Origin: Macrostomum lignano
Taxonomy: Eukaryota
Reading direction: 5' to 3'
Assembly: GCA_002269645.1 (NCBI GenBank)
Contig: NIVC01000042.1
Span: forward strand, 310,001-374,000
DNA: 64,000 nucleotides
Every line of letters starts with the position of its first letter. The stretch's first letter is position 1. The notes under the pieces are model-generated. The model was not told where the DNA came from, ran no database searches, and saw nothing but the letters and a program-made list of their open reading frames with translations. Below are positions 1-12,659 of the stretch, piece by piece. A program made the position numbers and the translations under genes.

Positions 1-559
1 GTCACATCTTATAAAAAACAGATTGAAAGGAATGGAGTTTTGGTTTGTGTTTGGGTTGGAGTGGGTTTAATGTGTTTTGATGAGTGTGTTTAAGGACGAG
101 TTTAAATAATTCTCTAGTAGAAATTGCCTACTGAACAAACCATATTTGACTGTCAGCTTCAAATACTAATTGAAGCGAAAAGAAACCGTAAAGACGGTCT
201 CTAACTATTAGGACTCAATTTATTGCATGTCTATTTAAACGCTGAGCGTTTAAATAGCGCCGCCGCCTCCTGGTGCCGCCGCCAAGCATGCTAGCTGTGC
301 GTTGTAAGGCCTCCACGCTGCGGCTGCGGCTGCCAAGAGCGGCACACCATCCACTCGGCGGGGCCGCCGAAGTGAGCGTCGATGCAAAGAACGGCGCCGT
401 GAGCGAAATCGGCGTGGTCGAATTCGGGGACGCGGGCGACGAGCTGCAGGCAGCCGGCCCCTGCCAACTGGTGGTGCGGATCCGCTGGGTGGCGCCAGGG
501 ACCGTGAGGTTCAAAATCACCGGACTCCAGCCTACCCAAAATGCGCACAGCAACAGCTT

Positions 560-3130
560 AGAATTGCTACCTGGAACTGCCAAACTTTGCGAGCAAAGTG
601 GAGGCAACACCTTTTGGCCCAGCTTGCAGGCGACCTACAACTTGATATAATTATGCTGCAGGAGCTCTCCATCACGGCCGAGCCTGGGCTTCACCAGGAG
701 AACATAGGCGGCGACTGGCTCCTGCAATACACATCAGCAGACTCGAAAGGGCGGGAAGGAATTGGCGTTCTAACCGGGCCGAGGCTTCAGCAAAGTACAC
801 ACTGTGAGAGCCTCTCGCCGCGGCTTCTGCGCGTCGACATTCGACTCCGCAGGCGTAACATGCGGCTCTTCTGTGCCTATGCGCCCACGGCTGCGCGCCC
901 TGAGGAGCACCGGCAGTTTCTGGAGTTCCTGTCAGCGCAGCTGGAGAAGACCGCTCAACGCGACACTGTACTGGTACTCGGAGACCTCAACGTTGTCATG
1001 CGAAGGTATGAGCGCGCTCGCTTTGTAACACCACGTGAAAACAACAACACTAATGCCCTAGTGGATTTCATGGACCGCCACAAACTGGTCTCAGCAAACG
1101 CGCTGTTCAGGAAGCCGCTTCACAGATTAGCAACATTTGCTGGCTGTAAACGGTCACGTTGGAAAGCGTCTGGAAAATTTGCTAGGAAGAGACTCGCACA
1201 GCTGGACCACGTGCTGCTTCGCCAGCGAGAACGACGACGAGTAACTAATGCGATACGGTGGCTCCGTTGGCAGTGCGGTCAGACCATAGGCTGCTCTACT
1301 GCGACCTGCGCCTGAGGGACCCGCTATATCGGCCACCGAAAAAAAAACAGCCAAAGCGCTACTTCCGCGCCCTACGCGACCCGGTTACAAGTGGCCGCTT
1401 CTGTCTGGCATTTGCCGAGGCGCTGGAAGAACGGCCGGATACAACAACCCCAGCCGAGTACTCGGACATCAGTGCCGCCATCCAAGCCGCCGCCAGCAAA
1501 ACTCTGCCGCTGGTGAAGCCAGCAGAAAGGAGTCGGCCAGTGTGGCAGAACGACGAAGTGCTGCGGCAGGCCCGGCTGACAGTGGAGAGACTGCGGAGGA
1601 GCGGACAGCCCGCGGAGAAGGAAGAGGAGACTCTAGCAGAGACATTTAAAGCCCGGTAGAGACCGCTATTCAGGAGATCACGGACGCCGGTCCCGACAAG
1701 AAACGCGTGCCGTCTGTTCGGTCGTCAACCAGCTGACAGGCCGCGAGAGACGCAACGCTCTGAAACTGGCGGCTGACACGCCCGAAGAGAGGCGAAACGA
1801 GCTGCGGACCTTCTTCTCTGGTATCGTCAACGCGCCCCCTTCGCCGCAAAGGGACATGTCATTGCCCACGGAGGTTGAGCTGCCAGATGAGAGCTCCATC
1901 ACCATCGACGAGGTGCTCCAACTTGCAAAGAAGACACCAGGCAACAAGGCTACTGGACCCGACGACGTGCCTGTCGAGGTGCTGCGCCTCCCTCAGGTCG
2001 CGCTGGAAGTCACGCGAGTGATGAACTGCGTGCTAGCTGGGGGCACCGCCCCAGCTGAGTGGCGGACTACTTCGGGACATCTTCGGGATCCCAAAGAAAC
2101 CAGGTTCCATCAAGGTCAAAAAACATCACGGATTTCGCTAATGTCCTGCACAGCTAAGCTGTTTAACAGAGTTCCGCCATCGCGGCTGCAGCCAGTGCTG
2201 GACCCGTTCCTTCGGCGCGAGCAAAACGGATTCCGGCCAGGCAGAGGCACCGTGACCCAAATTCTCGCTCTGCCTCGAATTTTAGAAGAGGCCCGCATCC
2301 ACCAGTCGGCCATCATCTGCATCTTCTTAGACTTCCTGAAGGCCTTTGACTCGGTGTCGAGGCAGTTCATTGCGAACATCCTGCGCGCGTATCGCGTACC
2401 CGAGCAGCTGGTGACGGCTGTGTTAGCTCTGTACCAGGAGAGTAGGGCGGCAGTTGGGACACCGGATGGCCTTTCTGACTTTTTCGACGTCTTCCGGCGT
2501 TCTCCAAGGGAACAACTTGGCTCCATTTCTGTTCGTCCTGATCCTGGACTGGGTACTGCGCACTGGCCTCCCTAACGACTCAAAAAGATTCTTGCTCTGC
2601 TGCAGAACAAGCACGCGGCACCCCGAATAGCGACTCTCCCACCTAGTCTACCTCGGTGGTCTGGTGCCAAGCATCACGGAGGACATGGCACGGCGCAGGG
2701 CGCTTGCCTGGGGCGCATTCCGCACCGTGTAGCCTGTTCTGCAGAGCCCCACGCTGCCGGATCGGCTGAGAGGGCGGCTGTTCCAGGCTGTCATTGAAAC
2801 CGTCCTCCTTTACAACGCTGAAACGTGGACAGACCGGCCCGCAGGAGCGGCAACTCGGACGCCGCTCACGCTGGACTCCTGAGAGCCGCCTTCAGTGTCC
2901 ACTACTCGCCGACCGCCTCCTCCAACACCAGCAATGACGAGCTTTACCGACAGGCCCAGCTCTCCCGACCCAGCCAGCTGCTGCGCATCCGGCGCCTACA
3001 GCTGGTCGGCCACGTTATTCGGGGAGAGCAGAACTGCCCTGAGCCGCTTCACGACGTGCTGCTGCTATCCCTTCAAGGGCCGCGGCGGCTTGATCAGGCG
3101 AGAAGTTTGCGTTTGGTCGACCTGCTTTTA
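560..3130 (+). mobile_element. Degenerate RTE-clade non-LTR retrotransposon (APE endonuclease + reverse transcriptase), frameshifted
   Basis: APE motifs RIATWNCQTL, DIIMLQE, VLGDLN, QLDHVL and RSDHRLL (560-1320). RT motifs KATGPDD, ISLMSCTAKLF, QNGFRPGRGT and FLDFLKAFDSV (1856-2575). RTE-type C-terminus RLFQAVIETVLLYNAETW (~2780-2830). Several frameshifts/stops; 3' end approximate. Confidence 0.9.
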
Positions 3131-3361
3131 AGAGACGCTGAAATCTCTGACTCCCGCGGACTCGTTTTCTGCGCAAATCTGCGCTTGCGCGCGCCTTTTG
3201 ACAGCAACCCAACTTGGCTTGCCCAGGGTTGCTGTAGTTTGTTTTTGTTGTTGATATTGTTGAAGCGAAAAATTTTCAACGATCGAGACACTGATTGTCA
3301 GAAAACAGGATTATACTGGGGTCCAATGCCCATTCGGGTAATTGCGGAAAGTAACTGAGGT

Positions 3362-4075
3362 TACTAGGTGTGCCTCCGACAGGTGCATCCGCCAACTGCG
3401 CCTCAACCAGGTGCCTCCGCCAAGTGCCCCTGCCAGGTGTGCCTCTACCAGGTGCCTTTGTTTGCCGAAATCTGCTAGCCGAAATTTGATAGCCGAAGTT
3501 TGTGTAGATATGTTAAAACTTAACTTAAAACTTAACTTAAAACTTAAAACTTAACATATCTGAACTACCTGCCTTCAAATTTTATGATTGTAGTGTTGGG
3601 CACGCCTGTAATTTTTTACCAATCGGCCTTTTCCTAAAAAACCATAAAAATAGGTTTATCTTGACCAAAGTAGCCAAATTTTAAAGTGTGAGCGAGCATA
3701 GAATTAACAAAAACATTTTGTATGTGAAGTACAATCAGATTCTTGTCATACGAGTACCACAAAGAAATTTCTGATTGGGTAATTTTCAATTGCATTACAT
3801 GTATATTACAAAACAATGCAGGACCCAATTACATGTATATACTCGTACTGTAATTTGCGCCACTGCTAATCAACACAACAAATAAGAGTCAATAGAGCGA
3901 TTATTAAGTGCAAATTTAATATTGTCTTGATAAGTCCTGATAAGTTTCTCGCGAAATTGGACAAACAAAATTGTCTCAGCAAATTACAACTTCGTGAGTT
4001 CGGCCAGCCAAATTGCTGCTCACCGGTTTTTGTCGGATTCTCGCTAGCAGATTTCGGCTAGCAAACTTCACATTT
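3362..4075. mobile_element. Possible MITE/foldback remnant
   Basis: GCCGAAATCTGCTAGC at ~3465 is the inverted copy of GCTAGCAGATTTCGGC at ~4043. The left arm has short CAGGTGCC subrepeats and resembles the arms of the 59.6-61.0 kb foldback. Confidence 0.4.
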
Positions 4076-4083
4076 GCTTATCA

Positions 4084-4618
4084 ACCTGTGCTCACAGTGT
4101 ATTCCAGTATGCTGTACTCTGCACATTGATTGCCAACCTGTGCTCACAGTGTATCCCAGTATGCTGTACTCTGCACATTGATTGCCAACGTGTGCTCACA
4201 GTGTATCCCAGTATGCTGTACTCTGCACATTGATTGCCAACCTGTGCTCACAGTGTATCCCAGTATGCTGTACTCTGCACATTGATTGCCAACCTGTGCT
4301 CACAGTGTATCCCAGTATGCTGTACTCTGCACATTGATTGCCAACCTGTGCTCACAGTGTATCCCAGTATGCTGTACTCTGCACATTGATTGCCAACCTG
4401 TGCTCACAGTGTATTCCAGTATGCTGTACTCTGCACATTGATTGCCAACCTGTGCTCACAGTGTATCCCAGTATGCTGTACTCTGCACATTGATTGCCAA
4501 CCTGTGCTCACAGTGTATCCCAGTATGCTGTACTCTGCACATTGATTGCCAACCTGTGCTCACAGTGTATCCCAGTGTGCTGTACTCTGCACATTTGTTT
4601 ATCAATCTGTGCTCACAG
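4084..4618. repeat. 52-bp minisatellite, ~10 copies
   Basis: Unit ACCTGTGCTCACAGTGTATCCCAGTATGCTGTACTCTGCACATTGATTGCCA; successive starts at 4084 and 4136. Confidence 0.95.
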
Positions 4619-5409
4619 TAAACTTCGATTATCGTTATGAGAGCCAAATAACTGAGGCGGCGGATTCAACTAACTTTTCCTGATGATGCAATCACGAGAT
4701 ATTAACATACAAAACGATGTATTTGATGTTTTCACCATCGCAGTGATGTTATCTTACAAAGAATAAAGTATGAAGGGAGATGTTCTAAATAAGAAGCCCT
4801 GCTGTAGGAAGGGGGTTGGATATCCTTTAAGGTTCAATGGATCAATTAATTAAATCTAGGTCGTTCGGTTAGATTTGTGGACAATCTATTCGAGTCAGGA
4901 TAAGCGAGGAATGAAGCAAGCAAAGTTCGGGCAGAATTTCAATCGTTCGTACTCGTATCTCATTGGTGTAGTTTTTCTGCCCCAGAGTTTACACTACTGC
5001 CACAATAGCTTACTGGTCTAGACTACTGTTTAAATTTATTTAGTCTTTATTAATTAGTTGATTACGTATCATGCTGTTGTGTCCCGAGAATAACAAGCCG
5101 GCTTTGTCCCGCCCACTCTATACAATTGGGAGGCTCAGAAGAACCCAGTCCTGCTGCACCTAACGCGCAGGCAGTAGGCTGGCAACCATGCAGGGTCGCA
5201 GCAAACGCACAGGCCCTGGTGACAATGTCCTAATTGCACTGAACCTCAAAGGAAGAAGGCAGGATGACGCTTACGGTGGTGATTCTTCGCGCTGGCGCTC
5301 TACCGGGTAGGCGTCTCAGAGGCTGTGTTTTGGCAGGAGCAGTTGGGGAGCAGGAAGAGAAGCGAAGCGAAAAGGCAGCCGGAGACAGGAGGGCGTGGTG
5401 CGGTAGCGC

Positions 5410-5770
5410 GACAACTGCCTGCGGTGACAACTGCCTGCGGTGACAACTGCCTGCGGTGACAACTGCCTGCGGTGGCAACTGCCTGCGGTGACAACTGCCT
5501 GCGGTGACAACTGCCTGCGGTGACAACTGCCTGCGGTGACAACTGCCTGCGGTGACAACTGCCTGCGGTGACAACTGCCTGCGGTGACAACTGCCTGCGG
5601 TGACAACTGCCTGCGGTGACAACTGCCTGCGGTGACAACTGCCTGCGGTGACAACTGCCTGCGGTGACAACTGCCTGCGGTGACAACTGCCTGCGGTGAC
5701 AACTGCCTGCGGTGACAACTGCCTGCGGTGACAACTGCCTGCGGTGACAACTGCCTGCGGTGACAACTGC
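5410..5770. repeat. 16-bp minisatellite, ~22 copies
   Basis: Unit GACAACTGCCTGCGGT, near-perfect copies. Confidence 0.95.
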
Positions 5771-6508
5771 TTGGCCGGGGGGGGTAGAAAACAAGGGTGA
5801 CAGACGACAGGGAGACTGAGCCAATGGGAGGTCACGGAGAGAGAGTAATAGCAATAATTAGTGGTGAGAAATCGCAGAAACTGGCTGAGTAATAAATAAC
5901 CGTCAAAAAATTATTTAATGCATCAAATAGGTCCAGTGCAGTGGCACCAAAATACAGTAAAGTACATTATACTAAATAAAATATAGCTAACAATAAGTTA
6001 CGAGTATGGAAGGGATGGGGAGGGTTCACAGAGCCAGAGAGAGGGAGAGAGAGGGAGAGACAGAGATAACGTACAGTGCGGGCCAATACATCAATGAACC
6101 ACAACAATATACAACCAGCTTACGGGTGTGATTCGGTTGTTTTTGCTACACCGAGTTCCTGATGTTCCTTTTTATTAATATTAGTGCGAGCGTATGAGAA
6201 ATTAATAATTAAAACAGAAATCCAAAGAGAGTTATGTTGAGCGAAGGATACTATCAAACTTTTGAAGTTGTACAAAAAGTTAGTTAAACACCTTATATAG
6301 ACTCCCCTTTATTCCTCATGTGCATGAGAGTGACTCCCAATCCTAAGTTAATGCCGATCTAATTTTTGTTTAGTCTGAGCTATGGGATTCTAATGGGAAC
6401 TATCTAACCGATATTCCCTACGCAAAAACTACTGATAGTAGTGAAAGAGCAAAGAGAATTTTTATCCCAAAATGAGCATTACTACACTACAGATGATTGT
6501 CATGTCAT

Positions 6509-6946
6509 CTATTGCTCGGCCGAATCAATTCGCGCATTAGCCATCTTCTTGTACCGCGCAACTTCTTCATGAAGTTGACTAATTTCTTTTCTTTTGTCAT
6601 TCAATTCGTTTTCTTTGCTGTTGATGTCTCTCAACAGATCGCCGCACTTCTGACGGTGAAACTCCGCCTCCGATTCCTGATGGCGAGCCATCTCGCTCGG
6701 ATCGATGGTCTCGAAGGTGCACCCCAGTGCAGCCAGCGGGCACTCCAGCATCTGACTGCTGATTCCGGGTGTTCTGAAGTTCAGTTTTTTGAGTTCAATA
6801 GCGATTGAGTTGCAATTGCTTTGTTGAATATCTTGCTAAGCCATAAAACTTCATTTCTTTGAACGTCTTCACAGACTGCATACAAACTTCGGTGAAATGA
6901 CCCCAGAAAGAATTTTAGGATGTCCTGCTAAGATGTCAATGCTCAT
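6509..6946 (-). pseudogene. Truncated TRAF-like gene remnant (partial RING, TRAF-type zinc finger, coiled coil)
   Basis: From ATG 6946: MSIDILAGHPKILSGVISPKFVCSL then stop/frameshift, resembling the entry into a TRAF RING. Downstream frame: LECPLAALGCTFETIDPSEMARHQESEAEFH (last TRAF zinc finger pattern CP-x4-GC...H...H) followed by a coiled-coil-like LRDINSKENELNDKRKEISQLHEEV. No MATH domain seen. Confidence 0.5.
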
Positions 6947-7316
6947 GGGCGATTGCGGAGATGCCAAGAATCAATTGGAAGCTTTTGGTGGGCCAAGCAG
7001 GGTTAGGGTTAAGCCATGGCTTAAAGCAAGGCTTTGCTACCAAAGTTGCTCACAGAGGATGCTGATATCTTAGGCTAGATAGCTGGCTTTCAGGGCGGAA
7101 GCTTTTTGCTTTAAACATCATTTTCTTGGGACACTAACAATACCTATCATTCCTATCATTTATTTCCTCTGCAACGGGGGGCCATGATTGCTAGTCTTTG
7201 TGCTGAAAATAAAAAGTTCTTATCTTTCACACAAAGCCAGACTTTAAAAGATTTTGAAGAAACAGCGTTTCTCCTCTACTAAAGGCATTTCAATTCTTTT
7301 ATACTAAAATACTAGA

Positions 7317-9205
7317 TTACCTGTTTGGAGCCGGGACAGTTTTCACCAAGTAGAACTTCTTAGTGGTCAAAACATTCCAGTCTGGCAGTTGCTGTCGAGT
7401 TGATACCGGCAGGTAAGTTTTCGGATTTGTCTTACTTTGTACGTAACTAGTCATCTGCTTGTTGACCCTGCTGATCATTGAGAGCACGTCCTTATTCCCA
7501 GCGTACTGGTGGAAGACCCAGCACAAGGCGCAGATAAACCTGGAGCCGCTGATCGCCAGACCGCGGCTCTCCTCACCTGGCAGGGTTGAGTAGCCCACGA
7601 TTAGTCCCGCTCTGTTGGGAGAATGGTCTGTGTAAGTCGCGGGACATCCGGCCAAAAAGTGGTCAGCAAACTTAGAGCTTTGAATCACAGTAGGACCGTC
7701 GGATCCTTCGGGTCCCGTCAGGTCCTGGCTGGGCGGAACAGTGATCCGGCAGGCATTGATGATGAGCAGCCTGGGCTTTCGGGCCAGGTGTGGAGCATCA
7801 GAAAGCTTTTGAATGACATATTCAACCGTGATCCAATTCGGGAATTCTCCAATGGCAGCCTCAACTCCGTACAGGCGATGCTGCGAACCGTGCTGCGATC
7901 CGTGCGTGAGAATAACCAAAATTGCACAGCTTGCGGCTTCATTTTTTTCCATTTGGCAAAACTCGTCTACAGCCTTCGTCATATCGGGCGATTTCAAGTC
8001 ATGGCGTACGTCAACAGACATTCCGAGGCTAGTAAACAGGTGCCTGAGGTTCTCGCAGTCAATTTTAGTGCCTCTTCTTCGATTTAGCGCATCAAAATGC
8101 TCATTGCCAATAATGAGAACCTGTCCATCTCCATTGTTCTCGTAGTAGTCACCCAGAAAATCTGGTGCTTCAAGTGGAGAAAAGTTTGATTTTCCCTTCA
8201 GATCAGGATGATTTTTCAACAGGCGATCTTTTGGGTTTAAAAGCCTCGATTCTTAATTCTGGCTTGTTTTCGATTCCTTTGATGTAAAATTTGTGTCTCG
8301 TATTGCGCTGCTCCAACTGTCTCAGCACCTCATGCATGGCGGCACAGCTGCTCAGATTTTCGGGATCATTCGAGTCCTCGATATTGTCCTTCAAGTCAGC
8401 CAAAAAGCACAGTACATTGTTCTCATCGCCGCGCTTATAAATCAGAGAGATATTCGATTCGTCCGGCCATGTCTGATTCAAGAAGTCTTCATCTTCACGA
8501 ACATCCGGAGAGTTCGGATTCTCCCCGTCTTTCAGCCTGCAGAACACAAGCAGTATTGGCAAGGACGAATCGAAGTTTTGTTGAAGTTCCGACACGACCG
8601 TCGCTAACGATGTCGAAAATCGCTGGTTTGAATCTAAAGAGCCAACTAGATAGAAAAATATGTGGATTCGACGCTGCGCCTCTGGGCTCTGAACAGCGGT
8701 TGGTCTTGATGCTGGAGCGGATGTTTGGTTTGTCAGCAATCCGATAGTGTCAAACAAGCCCTTGTACTGGTCCAATAAATCCTTAAGGTGTTTTTCAATC
8801 GCTTCGCCCTGCAGATCAGTGTAGATGTCAGCCTTTCCTCGGACTTGGTCCCACTCTAGCGGAAATAGTAAAATAAGAAATTAGTCACGCACAAGGGGAT
8901 TTGGACGATTGAGAGGGATTAAAACTGACCATTACAGGTTTATACCTACCCGAGTTCGGTAAATCATTCTGCAATAGAATACCGTCGGCAGATGCCACGT
9001 ATGGAGTCGAACTTTCTGAAAAATATATCGACATACAGTGAATATTGCATTAGAATACTGCATATTCATTAATAAATTTCTCACATATTATCAATAAAAT
9101 TGGAAAATCATTAGAAAACATTGTTGAAAGCAAATGATATTCTGAGCATGCGCAATACTCACTGTTCTCACTCGGATCCGTTGTTGGTAGCACCTGTTCG
9201 CTCAT
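7317..9205 (-). CDS. Caspase-family (C14) protease A with ~230-aa unrecognised N-terminal domain; one frameshift near 8228
   Basis: Predicted exons: 9205-9163 (MSEQVLPTTDPSEN, donor GTGAGT, phase 1) and 8855-7317 (acceptor after GACTAA and a pyrimidine tract, ...GCTAG). Caspase motifs LIIGNEHF, RRRGTKIDCENL, ILTHGS (His), KPRLLIINACR (Cys), GYSTLPGEES, GSRFICAL, TTKKFYL. ORFs 8203-8775 and 7317-8219 join if one A is removed from CCCAAAAG. Confidence 0.8.
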
Positions 9206-9954
9206 CGTGAGCTGTCCGTCTAAAGAAAAATACGGTACTTACATGTAAATCCAGAGAATGGGAGATCAATGACTCAATTGAAAAATGTCAGTTGAGTACC
9301 ACTCTAAAACAACGGATTGCTAGTTAATGATTAAGGATTAGATTGCACACTGTTACGAGCTTATATTAACCTAGCTTGCTGATACAATAGAAAGGGAAAT
9401 TGAGCAAAACTGTACGCACATGTGATAGCGAAGGCTTGTACATTACTCACAGTCTGACCATAGGTTTGCTTGCTTGTACGGACTTGTACCTTCGTCCTTC
9501 GCTCCGGGGAAGGGAGGGTTTGAAAAATGGCGCAAAGCAAAGCCAACTCAAACAGAGGCGGGCTTCGGTGCATTTTACAGTGCTGGATTGAGATAGTGCG
9601 CTGGGCGAGTCGTGTGCTGCCCAATCAAATTCAACTCACACTACAGTATCTCGACTGCGAAAAAAGAATTACCTAAATTACCTAAAAAGAGAATTAATAA
9701 AGAATTACAGCAAGTACCTTATAGGCTGAGGTTTTAGAGGCTTGACTGAAATTGTAATTTTTTATTTATAAATTTTGTTTTCAAAATTTTTGTTTCTTTT
9801 TAGTCACACCTCGTATTGTCGAGGCAGGGGATTGCCTGGTCGCTCTGATCGCTCCTTTTAGTCTTGAAAGCCACGCGCCCCAAAGAAACGGCAAGCAATA
9901 AAAGAAACATAAAAAGGGAAGTAGCTAAATATCTTTCCAACGAAGAAATTCAGT

Positions 9955-10445
9955 GACAATGGGGAATTCAGTGACAGTGGGGAATTCAGTGACAGTGGGG
10001 AATTCAGTGACAGTGGGGAATTCAGTGACAGTGGGGGAATTCAGTGACATTGGGGAATTCAGTGACATTGGGGGAATTCAGTGACAGTGGAGAATTCAGT
10101 GACATTGGGGGACTCAGTGACAGTGGAGAATTCAGTGACATTGGGAAATTCAGTGACATTGGGAAATTCAGTGACATTGGGGAATTCAGTGACAGTGGGG
10201 GAATTCAGTGACAGTGGGGAATTCAGTGACAAAGGGGAATTCAGTGACATTGGGAAATTCAGTGACATTGGGGGATTCAGTGACAGTGGGGGAATTCAGT
10301 GACAGTGGGGAATTCAGTGACATTGGGAAATTCAGTGACAGTGGGGAATTCAGTGACAGTGGGGAATTCAGTGACAGTGGGGAATTCAGTGACAGTGGGG
10401 AATTCAGTGACAGTGGGGAATTCAGTGACAGTGGGGAATTCAGTG
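9955..10445. repeat. 18-19-bp minisatellite, ~26 copies
   Basis: Unit GGGGAATTCAGTGACAGT. Confidence 0.95.
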
Positions 10446-11869
10446 GCTTTAAATTAATGGGGCAGGCAAAGGATAAGAAGAAAAGATTGAAGAGAGGGAA
10501 GGAAAACAGTAATAGCAAAGAGAAGGAGAAGAAAATGCTGTTACTATTGGCAGTAGTAATTTAAGTACCATACATGGAATGAGCTCATGTGCCGTCACAT
10601 CAGCAGTCCGTCCTCATCAGTTGTACACGTGCATACCGGCTGAGAACTCCTGAGATCTCTATTCTTTTCTCTCTCTTTGTCTCTCTGTCTATCTGTCTCT
10701 CTCGTATTTCCCTTGTTGATTTAGCTACCCTCATTCAACATACGAGTATGAGCTTCTACGAATTTGAGCTTCTCTTCACGCCCCAGCCGCCTTGACAGGA
10801 CTCATACTGTATTGCAACAGGCGTCTTCACAAGCGTATAGAAAAATGAAACGAGCAGAAGCATAGGCGAATCTTTCCACGAAGTTCCGCAGATTTACCGC
10901 TGCCACCATTTTGATGTAACCGCCCTTGACGCCCGTCAGCTCCACTCGGAGGCGAACGTATGACCATAGGGGGTAATGACCGTAGGCAGCCTATGACCGG
11001 GCAATGACCTGACGGAGCTCCAGCACCAGACTGTCCCGCCCACATGATTGATAGCTTTGATAGCGCTTTCGTGACCAGAGGGCCAAGGACCCACATGGAC
11101 CCCGACCGTAGCCAAGGTGCAATAGTTGGTCACTCGGTCATAGCATGACCGAGTGGCTGCCACCACTCTATGAGACCTGGCGCACCTGGATCTTTCTACC
11201 AGACCTCTCGAGGCTAGAGCCCCGCCTGGATTGGTTACCAGGGGATTTAGGCTAACAGGGGAGACGCATGCAGCCAAGCACAGGGACTCTGCTTGAGGCA
11301 TGATAGGGAACTCTGGGCTCAATCTGGAGGATTTCTCAGCAGGGGATCGTTTGTGGCTGTGAACGAGGCCGACTTACGGTTTCAATTACTAAGAGTAGTG
11401 TGAGGCGAACATTTACTAGCTATAGTTTAGATTGCTCAGAGCGAAGGGACGCGTAAGCATGGGGTTGCAACCTTCCTGCTGCCATTCTGTGCCAAGACCC
11501 GCTACTTCCCTCTACTGCACGCACACACGAACCCGCAGCACGCACACACAGGCGGGCTTTGCACGGGGAGAGGCCATAAGCTTACCCAAACTTCCTTATG
11601 CTTTGCCACCCAGGGAGAAAGGCTTAGCAAGCCATGAATGAAATGATGGTGAAAGTGTGAATAATGAGGAGTTTAGTAATGGTTAATAATTAGGCCCTTA
11701 GGCAAAATAAACAGGCAATTAGGCGGCTTCACTATTGAGTAAAATACCGCAAAGATACGGTAACACAATTGGCTCAGCTCTCTAATCAAGCAATGGGAAA
11801 TAAGCAAACCCCGGATAAGCAAAGGCAATTAGAGCACAAATCAGTACAGGACCTTACCGGCAGCTGCAC

Positions 11870-11870
<1 letters not shown>

Positions 11871-11904
<34 letters not shown>

Positions 11905-11928
11905 GGGAGAGAGAGAGAGAGAGGAGAG
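11871..11928. repeat. (GA)n microsatellite
   Basis: Direct reading; similar tracts at ~12587-12624 and ~18915-18966. Confidence 0.9.
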
Positions 11929-11993
11929 CGCCTCCAATCTCAGGCACGGACGCGGTACATGTAAAAAGGACAAACAAGTCAAGATGATTTAAG

Positions 11994-12034
11994 TTGCCGA
12001 TATTTCGAATTAGGTAAATTCTTCGTCAGGGCAA
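11994..12034 (-). ncRNA. Minimal type I hammerhead ribozyme (Penelope-associated), copy 2
   Basis: Minus strand: UUGCC-CUGACGA-A-GAAUU-UACCU-AAUUC-GAAA-UAUC^GGCAA. 5-bp stem I, 5-bp stem II, palindromic AUAU helix III, predicted cleavage between 11999 and 11998. Confidence 0.75.
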
Positions 12035-12659
12035 ATGAAAAGTAGCGACAAGTGGTGTTGTAAAAGTTATTAAATAGGCGGGTTAGAGGGGAGAGAGAGT
12101 AGACAGGTAGATAGAGAGCGTACGGTATGTACACTTGGTGTGAGTCGATAAAACACTATTAGAGTTGAAAATGCAAAATAAAAAACAGTGCACAAATAAA
12201 GTGAACCGCACGTGGGCTGCAGCGATCCTACACACGAAATAAATAATGGAATAGTGCGACTGCCCCGGTGTCTAAAAAGGGGAAAGAGTGACTCTAAGCA
12301 CTTTACAAAATTGACCTCAATAAATAAAAAAGGTGAAAAGGCCCTCAAAAACTAAAAAGAGCAATTGTACGATAAGCAAAAAAGTAAAAGTAAAAAGTGT
12401 AATAAAAAGTACAGGGTGTCAAGAAACAATAGAAATGTTGATGCAGAATAAATGCTGAGAATATACAAAAGCTGTGCTTGGGCTAGCGATGAGAATAAAA
12501 AATTTCTAAGAAAGGAGCAATAAAAGGCTTGGTAGGTACCGGCACGGTCTGACAAAGGTAAGTAGTAGGGAAAGTGAAAGTGAGACAGAGAGAGAGAGAG
12601 GTAGAGAGAGAGAGAGAGAAGAGAGGTCACGGCGTTTTTAAAAAATAATTAATTAAATC

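Noticed and set aside
3513-3556. TTAAAAC/TTAAC run as a telomere-like repeat
   Set aside because: Short, irregular and unlike TTAGGG.
4084-4618. Regular repeats as possible CRISPR arrays
   Set aside because: Units are directly adjacent with no unique spacers, there are no cas genes, and the context is eukaryotic.
8228-8242. TTTAAAC slippery heptamer at the caspase A frameshift
   Set aside because: It is not in the X XXY YYZ phase, and the shift needed is +1, not -1.
10590-10625. CTGATGAG on the minus strand (and CTGATGA at ~4680) as further hammerheads
   Set aside because: No stem II-GAAA or helix III follows.
10800-11700. GC-rich segment with ORFs 10827-11322 and a motif resembling the YR element 5' region
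   Set aside because: Similarity is limited to a short CCCGCAGCAC word; not enough to call a second element.
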